This document shows positions 24,057-35,810 of a DNA stretch of 42,684 nt, one piece after another. The DNA lies in contig NC_057750.1 of assembly GCF_004010195.1 (NCBI RefSeq), positions 86,661 through 129,344 of the forward strand, given 5' to 3'. A program made the position numbers and the translations under genes. This stretch comes from Chiloscyllium plagiosum (taxonomy: Eukaryota). How positions within the stretch are numbered: position 1 is the stretch's first letter; each line of letters opens with the position of its first letter. The notes under the pieces were generated by a model. That model searched no databases. It was not told the origin of the DNA and saw only the letters and a list, made by a program, of their open reading frames with translations.

Positions 24057-24707
24057 GAGAATACACAGGTAGACATGATTAATTTATGTGGAGGGTAAGG
24101 GCCTATTCAGGCTGGGGTGAACTTGTTCTGACCTCAAGAAGGCATTTGATAAAGTGCCACATATGAGACTATGAACTAAAGTAGAAGCCCATTGAATGCA
24201 CTGATGTGGCTGAGAAACTGGTTGAGTGGTAGTTGACAGAAAGGGATAATGGGCATGTATTCCAATTGGTAGGATGTGACCAGCAGTGTCCCACAAATAT
24301 CTGTGTTAGAGCCTCAATTATTCACTTTTTTTAGCATCTTGCCATAGAAAGTTATATATCTAATATGTTGACGACACAATGTTAGGCAGCAATGTTGATA
24401 ATATAAGATTACAAAGGCATATTGATAGGCTAAGGGAATGGCAAAAACTGTGGCAGATGGAGTTTAATGCAAGCAAATGTGAGGTTATTCATTTTGGACT
24501 GAAAAAGAATAGATCAGGGTAATTTCTAGATGGTATGAAGTTAAATACAGTGATGCCCAGAGGACATGGGTGTTCAGGTGCATAGATCTTTAAAATGTCA
24601 TGAATGGGTGCAGAAAATAACCAGTGTTGAAACTTTATTGCTGGAACAGCACAGCAGGTCAGGCAGCATCCAGGGAACAGGAGATTCGACGTTTCGGGCA
24701 CAGGTCG

Positions 24708-24842
24708 GAGGAGGAGCGTCTTATCTTCCGACTGGGAACCCTCCAACCACAGGGGATGAACTTGGACTTCACCAGTTTCTTCATCCCCCCTCCCCCCACC
24801 TTGTCTCAGCCGAATTCCTCCAGCCCGGCACCGCCTTCCTGA
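24708..24842 (+). pseudogene. C-terminal remnant of the Penelope RT/GIY-YIG endonuclease ORF
   Basis: EEERLIFRLGTLQPQGMNLDFTSF matches the E-x2-LI-x2-L-x-T-x2-P-x-G-x-N C-terminal motif of PLE GIY-YIG endonucleases; stop at 24840-24842. Confidence 0.82.
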
Positions 24843-24993
24843 CCTGCAGTCTTCTTCTTGACCTCTCCGCCTCCATCCTACTCCGACCTATCAACCTCAC
24901 CTTGACCTCTTTCCACCTATCACATTTCCAACGCCCCTCCTCCAAGTCCCTCCTCCCTACCTTTTATCTTCTCCTGCTGAACACTCTCTGCTC

Positions 24994-25029
24994 ATTCCTG
25001 AAGAAGGGCCTGTGCCCGAAACGTCGAAT
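24994..25029 (+). ncRNA. Intact minimal type-I hammerhead ribozyme (PLE-type)
   Basis: ATTC-CTGAAGA-A-GGGC-CTGT-GCCC-GAAA-CG-TC^GAAT. Stem I ATTC/GAAT, core CUGANGA, stem II GGGC/GCCC, GAAA, palindromic ACGT in place of stem III. Predicted cleavage after C25025. Confidence 0.85.
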
Positions 25030-26732
25030 CTCCTGTTCCCTGGATGCTGCCTGACCTGCTGTGCTGTTCCAGCAATAAAGTTTCAACTTTGATCTCCAGC
25101 ATCTGCAGACCTCACTTTCTCCCCGCAGAAAATAACCAACAAAGCTAATGAAATGTTGGCCTTTATATCGAGAGGACTGGAGTACAGGATGCAGAGGTGA
25201 TGCTGCAGTTATACAAAACCCTGTTTAGATTATACTTGGAGAACTCTGAGCAGATCTGGGCACCACATCTTAGCAAGTTTTTTTGGCCTTGAAGGGAGTA
25301 CAATGTAGGTTTACAGGAATGAAACCTGGATTTCAAGCGTTAAGGTATGAGGAGAGATTATAGAAATTATGCCTGATTTCATTAGAATTTAGAAGATTAA
25401 GGAGTGATCTGACTGAAATCTTGAAGATATTAACAGGAAAAGACAGAGTGGATAACATAAGCTGTTTCTATTGATTGGGGATTCTAGATTTAGGGGGCAT
25501 GGTTGGAGAATGAGGGCGAGATCATTCAGGAGAGATGTTACACAAAGGGTGAGAGACGTTTGGAACTCTCTTCACAAATGGCAGTTGAAGAGGATCAGTT
25601 GTTCATTTTATATTTGAGATTGACAAATTTTTGTTAAGCAAAGTTATTAATGGATATGGCCAAAGGTAGGTACATGGAGTTAAGCACAGTTCAGCACTAA
25701 TCTCACTTAATAGTGGAACAGGCTCGAGGGGCTGAATGGCCTATGTTCTTATGTTGAGAGGATTTGAGGCTTCAGGCAACCAAATGAATAGAATTGGAAA
25801 AAGACAGTCAGTACGTGGTAAGAAAAATGCTAAGAAACCGGGGAAGAGGGTATAATCTGCAAAGAAAGCTGAGAAGGTTTTGAAGGACGTAAAGGCAGAA
25901 GGGTTATAAAAGAGCTTTAGGAAAGCATACTTGGAGATAGTGAACTTTAGGCTATAAGTTGAACATCAGTATCACTAACAAAAGATACGTACAGTCAAAT
26001 TTTCCCCCATGTCACTCAATGGACACCATTGCAAGAAGACCACATCTTAGAGGGAACAACAATTTATACTGCACATGATAAAGGGCAATGATTGGTTGAC
26101 AAGCTGATTCTGATTGGTTGAAGTAGTTAATGTGGAATTGCACACAGCAAGCTCCTGCAAACAGCACTGTATGGTGATCAGCTCACTTGTTTCAGAGTGT
26201 AATAATTCATATTCACCTGAGACAGCCACAGTTTGACAACTCACCTGAAAGGCAGAACCCTTGACAAAGCTGCATGCCTTCAGAATTGTAACGAAGATTC
26301 AGTCTGCATTAGCACACACGTTCAGAGTTGAGAAATAGACCCACAACCTTTTGGCTTAAAACGTGAAAGTTCATCACTTACAGAAAGCATGTCACTTACT
26401 GCATTGTCACTTACAGTGAGAGGGTCAGCATTGACAGTGATAGAGTTATGCATACAGTTTGAGTGATGTCGCTTACACTGTGTCATCAGTTACAGTGAGT
26501 GTAGTCAATACAGTGAGTATGCTGCCACTTATACGCATGTGTGCTCCCATTGAACAACAGATGATATTGTGGGCTGGGTGACTGTAATAAATTGAGTAAT
26601 TGTGGCAAAGTGCCAACATTCATGTAGTAAGTTGAACAATCTCTTTATCTGTGGGGCAATTCTATGGGAAGAAGGTTGTGGTTCCTGGGCTAGGACTATC
26701 AATGGTAGACAGACAGTCATCAGCACAGTGGG

Positions 26733-26815
26733 GGGGCGGCACGGTGGCACAGTGGTTAGCACTGCTACCTCACAGCGCCAGAGACCCGGGTTCAATTCCT
26801 GCCTCAGGTGACTCT
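26733..26815 (+). mobile_element. HE1-like SINE 5' (tRNA-derived) head
   Basis: GGGCGGCACGGTGGCACAGTGGTTAGCACTGCTACCTCACAGCGCCAGAGACCCGGGTTCAATTCC with A and B boxes; truncated at GGTGACT. Confidence 0.88.
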
Positions 26816-27190
26816 CAGTAAATATTAAAGGATTGGACACTCTGGAGGCAGGAAACATGTTTCCGCTGATGGGTGAGTCCCGAACCAGAGGACACAGTTT
26901 AAAAATAAGGGGTAGGCCATTTAGGACAGAGATGAGGAGAAACTTCTTCGCCCAGAGAGTGGTGGGTGTGTGGAATGCTCTGCCCCAGAAGGCAGTGAAG
27001 GCCCAGTCTCTGGATTTGTTTAAGAAAGAGTTGGATAGAGCTCTCAAGGATAGTGGAATCAAGGATTATGGAAATAAGGCAGGAACAGGATACTGATTAA
27101 GGATGATCAGCCATGATCATAATGAATGGTGGTGCAGGCTGGAAGGGCAGAATGGCCTACTCCTGCACCTATTGTCTATTGTCTATTGTC
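26816..27190 (+). mobile_element. Young-looking CR1 LINE 3' end
   Basis: ORF 26833-27096 SRTRGHSLKIRGRPFRTEMRRNFFAQRVVGVWNALP; tail (CTATTGT)x3. Confidence 0.92.
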
Positions 27191-28089
27191 ACACATTCAG
27201 TGACTAGATTTGAAAATCTCCTCTCTGTGTGCAGCATAGTACAGTGAACAAGTGAACATTTGTAAAAATATGTAATTACTGAATGAGTAAATGGATGTAA
27301 GTTATAGATATTATCACTTCAATATACTGTGACACAAAACAGATTTAAAATTACATTAAAATAAGAAACAAGCACTAAGAAAGACCAACCACAATTGCAG
27401 GGAATGGAACTTCTCAAATCTAATTTGAAAACCAGATTCCTATAAACTGTGTTCACTGTCACTTGATATCACCAATAGTTCTGCATTATACAATCCTATT
27501 GTTGGATTTTTAAAATGTAACTGGTTGCTGGTGAATCAGGAAATTTATATTTAACCCATTCACTGCTGGATTGCCATTGCAGCTTGTGGAAGTTTAATTC
27601 TTAGTCACCCAGTTTGTCTCAGTATTATTTTAGATCCAGAAACCTATCTGGTTAATAATTTGCATCAATGGCAAACCAACCAAACTTGAATTATATGTTA
27701 CACTAGTAGGGCTATCTGGGTGAAGTCACTCAGATTGTTAGTGGATGCAGTCATATATTTACATGATATACACTTCGTAACTGTTGGATAGTTTGTTTTT
27801 CTGTATCACATGTGGTACAGAATGGATCTGGAATGTTGAGATATAAGGTTTATTTCAAAGCTGCTGCATTCACCTGAAGAAGATACTGACATGGGAAAAC
27901 AATCTTGTGTGTGCTTTAAATGTTATGATCAAGAATGAATCATTGAATTTGGGTTGGATTACAAATGTTTGTTCCTCTAAGAACTCTTGAAAAAGTGATA
28001 ACAAATCAAATATTCCAGGGTTTTTTTCTCAAAACATACAGAATGGCATTTCAAGGACTTAAGTGAGTACATTCGAGATCCAACTCTTC

Positions 28090-28396
28090 GGGCAGCATAG
28101 TGGCTCAGCTGCCTCACAGCGCCAGGGACCTATGTTTGATTCCAGATTCGGGCAACTGTCGGTGTGGAGTTTGCATGTTCTTCCTATGTCTGTGTAGGTT
28201 TCCTCCCACATTCCAAAGATGTGCAGGTTAGATGAATTGGTCAAGGGAAATTGTCCAATGTTTACAGAGATATACAGGCTAGCTGGATTAGCCATGGGAA
28301 ATGCAGGGTTACAGAGTGGGACATTCTTCAGAGTGTTGATGTGGACTCGATGGGCTGAATGGCTTAATTCCACACTGTCACGATTCTATGATTCTA
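28090..28396 (+). mobile_element. HE1-like V-SINE
   Basis: tRNA-like head, V-domain GTGTGGAGTTTGCATGTTCTTCC..CCAAAGATGTGCAGGTTAG, tail GATTCTATGATTCTA. Confidence 0.88.
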
Positions 28397-29331
28397 ACTT
28401 CTCCGCATTCATTGGTCCCATTGAATATGTGTTTACAAGAAGGTTTCCTCAGTTGTGGGGTTGTGAGCTGTACATTCGGGGTCCATGAGTCCTCTAGGAA
28501 CTCTGACTGAGTTATGTGTTCCCTCTCTAACACACTCTTGTTCTCTTAGCTACCACTGAAGGGTCAAGCCACGAAATGGGCTCATAGTGGGAAAAGGTTT
28601 GGGAATCTCTGGATTCCAGGAGACTGATCTCATCATTCTACATTCTGAAGCAAATTATGTGCTGACTCTGTTTTTCCAGCACAGTGTATGATGTTATATA
28701 TGGAGCTGAGATGTGGATGGATGTTGGGAAAGGTGAAGAGCGAACAAGCTCAAGCACCATGACGTTGAGAAAAACAACATTTATTTCTTGTTGCTGAACC
28801 ATTGCACAAACTAATTGAATCAATGCAGTGAAACCAGCAGTGAGATGTCACAACTCACTGACACTTGTTTCGAGATTGGAAGCTGGGACTCAGATGGCTG
28901 AGTTCGGGATAAGCTGATGGAAAATGTCTTGGTAGATGACAATTTTTAATATTGGCTGATGGACTAGCATGAAATGAATAGTCTTGCTTATCAGAAACAC
29001 CAATCTCATTTTATTTTGATTCATCTTACAATTCATTCTACTGCAGAGATAAGGAAAAGATGTGTTAGGATCAAAACCAACAATCTCTTCATTACGCTCA
29101 TTGACATAAGAACATGGACCAGAAAATGTCACAATAACAAAGAATTGAAATACAATGAGACGCAACATTAAAACGAGAACATCAAGTATAAGAGACATTG
29201 AAGAAAATGTGTTTTCTCATAAGGAAGTGTGGAAGAGGTTATCAGGAATTGTGTGTTTGAGATTACACAAGCGAACAATGAGATCAGTAACTGTCATTCA
29301 CTTGAGACCATGTAGCATTTACCTAGACATC

Positions 29332-29863
29332 CTACCACACTGTCCTCATCAAACACTCCCAGGACAGGGACAACACAAGGTTAGATACAGAGTAAAGCTC
29401 TCTCTACACTGGTCCCCATCAAACACTCCCAGGACCGGGACAACACAAAGTTAGATACAGAGTAAAGCTCCCTCTACACTGGTCCCTATCAAACACTCCC
29501 AGGACCGGGACAACACAAGGTTAGATACAGAGTAAAGCTCCCTCTACACTAGTCCTCATCAAACATTCCCAGGACAGGGACAACACAAGGTTAGATACAG
29601 AGTAAAGCTCCCTCTACACTGGTCCCCATCAAACACTCCCAGGACCGGGACAACACAAGGTTAGATACAGAGTAAAGCTCCCTCTTCACTGGTCCCCATC
29701 AAACAGTCTCAGGAGAGGGACAACACAGGGTTAGATACAGAGGTAAAGATCCCTCTACACTCTCCACAGCATACATTCCAGGAGAGGTACAACATGGGAT
29801 TAGATACAAAGTGCAGGTTCCTTTACACAGTCCCCATAAAACAGGACAGGGACAGCACAGATT
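29332..29863. repeat. 70-bp tandem repeat, about 7.5 copies (CCCATCAAACACTCCCAGGAC..GGTTAGATACAGAGTAAAGCTCCCTCTACACT)
   Basis: CTCTACACT at 29402, 29472, 29542 and 29612, and CTCTTCACT at 29682; terminal units are diverged. Confidence 0.95.
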
Positions 29864-29996
29864 AAGACTATAAGATGTAGGAGCAAAAGTAGGACATTTA
29901 GCCCATCGAGTCTGCTTCGCCATTCAATGGATCTGTAAGTGACTGTAAGTGAGGCAGGCTTTTTCCACATAACCTTTGATTCCCTTCCTGATTAAA
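29863..29996 (-). mobile_element. CR1 3' tail
   Basis: TAAGACTATAAGATGTAGGAGC..GCCCATCGAGTCTGCT, similar to 1467-1530. Confidence 0.7.
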
Positions 29997-29998
29997 TA

Positions 29999-31350
29999 AT
30001 TGATTTGATTTGATTTATTATTGTGAAAAGAATTGTTTTGCGTGCTATCTGGGCAAATCATACTTTACATAAGTAGATCAGGGTAATGCAACAGAATGCA
30101 GAATATAGTGTTATAGTGATAGAGAAGGTGCAGAGAAAGATCAGCTCTAATATATGAGAGGTCTGTTCATAAATCTGACAAAGCAGGGAAGAGGCTGTTC
30201 TTGAAGCGGTTGGTGTGTGTTTACAAATTCTTGTCTCTTCTGCCCTATGGAAATGAATGGGAGAGTATAACTGGGGTAGGAGGGGTCTGCTTTCCCAAGG
30301 CAGTGGGAAGTACAGACAGACCCAATGGAAGGAAGCCTGGTTTGTGTGATCAACGGGGCTACATTCATAACTCTTTAATTTCTTGTGGTCTTGGGCAAAG
30401 CAGTTGCCATACCAAGCTGTGATTCATCCAAGTAGGATGCTTTCTATGGTGTATATAAAAATGGAGTCATTGTGGGCATGCTGAATTTCCTTGGCTGCCT
30501 GAGGAAATAGAGGCATTGGTGTTCTTTCTTGACTGTAGCATCTTCATGGGTGGACCAGGACAGATTGTTGGTGATATGTACTTCTAGGAACTTAATGCTC
30601 TGGACCATCTCCATCTCACTACCATTGATGCAGACAGAGGCATGTCCTCCATTCTGCTTCCTGAAGTCAATGATCAGCTCCTTCATTTTGCTGACACGGA
30701 GAGAGAGAGTGTTGCCTTTACACCATGCCACTAAGCTCTCTATTTCTTTCCTGTACTTTGTCTCGTTCAAGATCCAATCCACTACAGTGATGTCATCAGC
30801 AAATTTGAAAGTGGCGTTACAGCTGAATTTGGCCACACAGTCATTAGTGTAAAGGGTTGAGTATGCAACCTTGTGGGGCACTGGTGTTAAGGATTACGGT
30901 GGAGGATATATCTGCCTATCCTTACTGATGGCTGTATGTGGGTCAGGAAGTTGAGCATCTAATTGCACAGGGTGGAAGCAGAGTCCTGGGTCTCAAAGTT
31001 TGGAGATGTATTTCATTAGAATTATGGTGTTGAAGACAGAACTAAAGTCAATAAAAAGGAGTCTGAAGTAGGTGTCCTTGTTATCCAGATGTTTCAGGGA
31101 TGAGTGTAGGACCAGGAAGATCGTGCCTGTGGACTTATTGTGACAGTAGGTGAATTGTAATAGAACAAGACAATCTGGGAGGCTGGAGTTGATGTGTGCC
31201 ATGACTAACTTTGTGAAGCACTTCATAATGATGGAGGTCAGAGTCACTGGGCTGCAGGCATTAAGGCACATTGCCTGATTTTCCTTTGGCACTGAGATGA
31301 TAATGGCCTTCTTGATATAAGTAAGGAGAGGTTAAAGCTGTCTGCGAATG
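29999..31350 (-). mobile_element. Rex1/Babar-clade LINE, 5'-truncated, degenerate RT
   Basis: Minus ORFs CLNACSPVTLTSIIMKCF..HLDNKDTYFRLLFIDFSSVFNTI and LYTNDC..KFADDITVV..KELIIDFRK; 3' tail AATAAATCAAATCAAATC. Confidence 0.88.
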
Positions 31351-31565
31351 CTCCCGTCAGGGTCTGAGTGCATGGCCAGGGACTTCATTGGGACCATTTG
31401 CTTTCCTTTGGTTCGCTCTTTCTCTGAGATCAATGGCAGTAAGCATTATCGCAGGCGCATCCTGGGTTGTTGCCTTTTTACAGCAGAGAGCAGCAGGAGC
31501 TGGGTGGAAGTGAGGTCGGAGCAGGAAGGCTGTTGGGAAGGCAAGTGATTGCTATTTAAGTAGGC

Positions 31566-32506
31566 GTGTGTAGCTGTATAATGTGGGAGCTGGCTGATCC
31601 CATTGTGAACGGCAGTGACCACATCTGCAGCAAGTGTTGGTTACTGGAAGAACTCCGGCTCAGAATTGATGATCTGGAATCTGAGCTTCATCCACTGCAG
31701 CACATCCGGGAGGGGGAGAGGTACCTGGACGCTTTGTTTCAGGAGGCAGTCACATCCGGCAGATCAAGTAATTCAAATTCAGTCAGTCAGTGATCATGAC
31801 CAACAGGGTGTGACGGTAAGTGAGGCAGGTAGGGGAATTCTGAGTGCAGGATCCTCAGCCCTTGACCTTGTCCAAACCGTGACCTTGTCTGAGAGTTTTG
31901 TTTCCTGTAAGAATGAGGGAAAGGGCTGTGGACAGGATGAGCCAGCTGACCACAGCACCATGGTGCAGAAGGCCATTCAAGAGGGGGGAGCAAAAAGTCA
32001 AGAAATTGTTATAGGGGATTTTATAATTAGGGGGACAAATAGTGTCCTTTGAGAGCTGGATCGGGAGTCCCGATGGTGTGTTGCCTGCCCGGTGCCAGGG
32101 TGCAGAACATCTCTGACCAGCTTGAAAGGATATTGGAGCGAGACGGGGAGGATCCAGCTGTTGTGGTCCATGTTGGGACTAACAACATAGGCAAGGCGAG
32201 GAAGGAGGATCTGTTTGGGGAGTACCAAGCACTAGGAAGGAAATTGAAGAACAGGTCTTCGAGGGACATAATGTCCGAATAACTGCCATAGCCATGTGTT
32301 AATTGGCATAGGGATAAGAAAATTAGGGAAGTAAACATGTGGCTAATTGGTGTGGGAAAGAGGGATTCCATTTCATGGGACATTGGTATCAGTTTTGGAA
32401 CAGGGGGGATCTGTACCGATGGGATGGTCTACACCTAAACCGATCTGGAACCAGTGCTCTGGTGAAAAAGATAAATAGGGTGGTCGCTAGGACTTTAAAC
32501 TTCTGA
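31566..32506 (+). pseudogene. CR1 ORF1p (zinc finger/coiled coil plus SGNH/GDSL esterase), disrupted
   Basis: CSCIMWE..HICSKCWLLEELRLRIDDLESEL; IVIGDFIIRG; CCLPGARV; VVVHVGTNNIG; DGLHLN at about 32423. Confidence 0.88.
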
Positions 32507-32954
32507 GTTGGGGGGGGTGGGGGAAGGGGGAAGCAAGAGGGAATATGGAGTTAAATGGAAAGATAAGCAGCAGGATAGCACGTGTGCAGGTGGGTTTAAG
32601 CTCGAGGCAGACAAGGAATGCAGCAAAAAGGAAGGATAACTAAGGACATCTTACGATTTCCAATATCTAATAATGATAAGAAAGTTAGCATTAAGGCACT
32701 TACCTGAATGCTTGCTATATTCGTAACAAAGTAAATGAATTAATGACACAAATCAACGTGAATCATTATGATGTGGCAGGCATCACAGAGACGTGGTTGC
32801 AAGGGGTTAAACATCCAACGATATACAACTTATCAAAAAGACAGGGAGGTGAGCAGATGGGGGAGTTGGCTTGTTTGTTAGGAATGAAATTAAATCTATA
32901 GCACTGAATGACATAGGGTCAGATGATGTGGAGTCTGTGTGTGGGTGGAGTTGA

Positions 32955-33587
32955 ACATAGAACATAGAACATAGAACATAGAAAATACAGCACAGTACAG
33001 GCCCTTTGGCCCTCGATGTTGCGCCGATCCAAGCCCACCTAACCTACACTAGCCCACTATCCTNNNNNNNNNNNNNNNNNNNNNNNNNNNNNNNNNNNNN
33101 NNNNNNNNATCAAGTCACCCGTAAACCTTCTTTTCTCTAGTGAAAACAGCCCCAAGTGCCTCAGTCTTTCCTCATACGATTTTCCTTCCATACCAGGCAA
33201 CATCCTGGTAAACCTCCTCTGCACCCGTTCCAGTGCCTCCACATCCTTCCTATAGTATGGCGACCAAAACTGCACACAATATTCCAGATGCGGCCGTACC
33301 AGAGTCTTATACAACTGCATCATGACCTCAGGAGTCCGGAACTCAATTCCTCTACCAATAAAAGCCAGTACGCCATATGCTTTCCTCACCGCACTATTTA
33401 CCTGGGTGGCAACTTTCAAAGATCTGTGTATGTGGACACCAAGATCCCTCTGCTCATCCACACTACCAAGTATCCGACCATTAGCCCAGTACCCCATCTT
33501 TTTGTTACTCTTACCAAAGTGAATCACCTTACCTACATTGAACTCCATTTGCCACCTTTCTGCCCAGCTCTGCAGCTTATCTATATA
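32955..33587 (-). mobile_element. Nested CR1 (HER1-like) 3' fragment
   Basis: (AACATAG)n tail at 32955; minus ORF QLYKTLVRPHLEYCVQFWSPYYRKD; TSD AGTTGA at 32949-32954 and 33588-33593. Confidence 0.92.
33064..33108. other. Assembly gap (45 N)
   Basis: Run of 45 N inside the nested LINE. Confidence 1.
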
Positions 33588-35501
33588 AGTTGAGGAACCA
33601 CAAAGGCAAAAAAACCATAATGGGAGCTATGTACAGACCTCCCAGCAGTGGTCAGGAGCAGGGGCGCAAGATGCACCAGGAAATAGATAGGGCATGTCAG
33701 AAAGGTAAGGTCACGGTGATTATGGGGGACTTCAATATGCAGGTGGACTGTGTCAATAATGTTGCCAGTGGTTCCGAAGAAAGGGAATTCATGGAATGCT
33801 TACAGGATGGCTTTTTGGAACAGCTTATGATGGAGCCCACAAGAGAGCAGGCTATTCTGCACTTAGTGCTATGTAATCAGCCAGACTTTATAAAAGATCT
33901 TAAAGTAAGGAAACACTTAGGAGGCAGCGATCATAATAAGGTAGAGCTCAGTCTGTAGTTTGAGAGAAGGCAAAATCGGATGCAATGGTGTTACAGTTAA
34001 ATAAAGATAAATACAGGGGCATGAGAGAGGAACTGATGAAAATCGACTGGAAGCAGAGCATAGTGGGGAAGACAGTAGAGCAACAATGGCAGGAGTTTCT
34101 GGGTGTAATTGAGGACACAGTAAGAGGTTCATCCCAAAGAAAAGAAAAATTATCCGGGGTGGGTGGGGGGAGGTGATTAGACAGCCATGGCTGACAAAGG
34201 AAGTCAGGAAATGTATCAAAGGAAAAGAGAGAGCCTATAAAGTGGCCAAGAGCACTGGGAAATCAAAAGATTGGGAAAGCTACAAAAATAAACAGAGGAT
34301 AACAAAGAGAGAAATAAGGAAGGAAAGGATCAAATATGAAGGTAAGCTAGCCAGTAACATTAGAAATGATAGTAAAAGTTTCTTTCAATGCATAAGAAAC
34401 AAATGAGAAACAATAGTAGAAATTGGGCCGCTCCAAATTAATGCTGAAAAGCGAGTGATAGGAGATACAGAAATAGCTTTGCATCAGTCTTCACAGTGGA
34501 AGACATAAGTAATATCCCAACAATTAAGGAGAGTCGGGGGCAGAGTTGAGGATGGTAGCCATTACAAAAGAGAAAGTGCTAGAGAAGCTAAAAGGTCTCC
34601 ATATTGATAAATCTCCTGGCCTCGATGGGTTACATCCTAGAGTTCTGAGGGAGCTGGCTGAGGAAATAGTGGAGGCATTGGTTGTAATCTTTCAAAAACC
34701 ACTGAAGTCAGGGAAGTCCCAGATGATTGGAAAATCACTGTTATAACCCCTATTGACAAGAGAGGATCACGACAAAAGATGGAAAATTATAGGCTGATTA
34801 GCCTAACCACAGTTGTAGGTAAAATTCTAGAATTGATTGTTAAGGGTGAGATTTCTAAATTCTTGAAAGTGCAGGATCGGATTAGAACAAGTCAGCATGG
34901 ATTTGGTAAAGAGAGGTTGTGCCTGACAAACCTGTTAGAATTCTTTGAAGAGGTAACAAGTAGGTAAGATCAGGGAAACCCAGTGGATGTTATCTATCGA
35001 GACTTCCAAAAGGCCTTTGATAAGGTGCCTCATGGGAGGCTGTTGAGTAAGGTGAGGGACCATGGTGTTCGAGGTGAGCTCCTGGTATGAATTGTGGATT
35101 GGGTGTCTGACAGCAGGTTTGTTTTTGGAATGGCAGCTGGTGACAAGAGGTGTCCCGCAGGGTTCAGTGTTGTGGCTACAGCTGTTCACTTTTTATGTTA
35201 ATGATCTGGATGAAGAGACTGGGGGCATTCTAGTGAAGTTTGACGATGATACGAAGTTAGGTGGACAGGCAGGTAGCACTGAGGAGGTGGGGAGGTTGCA
35301 GAAAGATTTAGACAGTTTAGGAGAGTGGTCCAGGAAATGGCTGATGAAATTCAATGTGAGCAAATGCAAGGTCTTGCACTTTGGAAAAAAGAATACAAGC
35401 ATGGACTATTTTCTAAACGGTGAGAAAATTCAGAAAGCCGAAGTACAAAGGGACCTAGAAGTGCTAGCCCAGGATTCTCTCAAGGCTAACTTACAGGTTG
35501 A

Positions 35502-35810
35502 TTAGATTCTCTACAGTGTGGAAACAGGCCCTTCGGCCCAACAAACCCACACCGACCCTCCGAAGAGTACCACCTAGACCCATTCCCCTCTGACTAATGC
35601 ACCAAACACTATGGGCAATTTAGCATGTCCAATTCACCTGGCCTGCACATCTTTGGACTGTGGGAAGAAACTGGAGCACCCGGAGGAAACCCACGCAGAC
35701 ACGGGGAGAATGTGTAAACTCCACACAGACAATCGCCTGAGGCTGGAATCGAACCTGAGACCCTGGTGCTGTGAGGCAGCAGTGCTAACCAATGAACCAC
35801 TGTGCCGCCT
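35502..35810 (-). mobile_element. Full-length HE1-like V-SINE nested in CR1 ORF2
   Basis: Minus strand GGCGGCACAGTGGTTCATTGGTTAGCACTGCTGCCTCACAGC, then V-domain and tail; TSD GGTTGA at 35496-35501 and 35811-35816. Confidence 0.93.

Larger units (their letters stand above)
24624..25124 (+). mobile_element. 5'-truncated, 5'-inverted Penelope-like retroelement
   Basis: 14-bp TSD GCAGAAAATAACCA (24610-24623 and 25125-25138). Perfect 79-bp inverted repeat 24626-24704 / 25009-25087. Contains a GIY-YIG C-terminal peptide and a hammerhead motif. Confidence 0.92.
24125..25755 (+). mobile_element. Degenerate CR1 LINE (RT region to 3' end) interrupted by a PLE at 24624-25124
   Basis: KKAFDKVPH at about 24136, EWAKLWQMEFNASKCEVIHFG, LQLYKTLFR, and a 3' tail GGCTGAATGGCCTATGTTCTTATGTT. 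Confidence 0.88.

Noticed and set aside
24566..25054. 162-aa ORF as a host gene
   Set aside because: It crosses a CR1/PLE junction, and the meaningful GIY-YIG peptide is in a different frame.
26733..26805. tRNA gene
   Set aside because: It is the tRNA-derived head of an HE1 SINE, continuing into the SINE body as in the other copies.
26529..27062. 177-aa minus-strand ORF
   Set aside because: Antisense read-through of a CR1 tail, SINE head and flank; no recognisable domain.
2569..29863. Two arrays sharing a 70-bp period (2569-2851 and 29332-29863)
   Set aside because: Unit sequences are unrelated; equal length is treated as coincidence. Neither has spacers, so neither is a CRISPR array.
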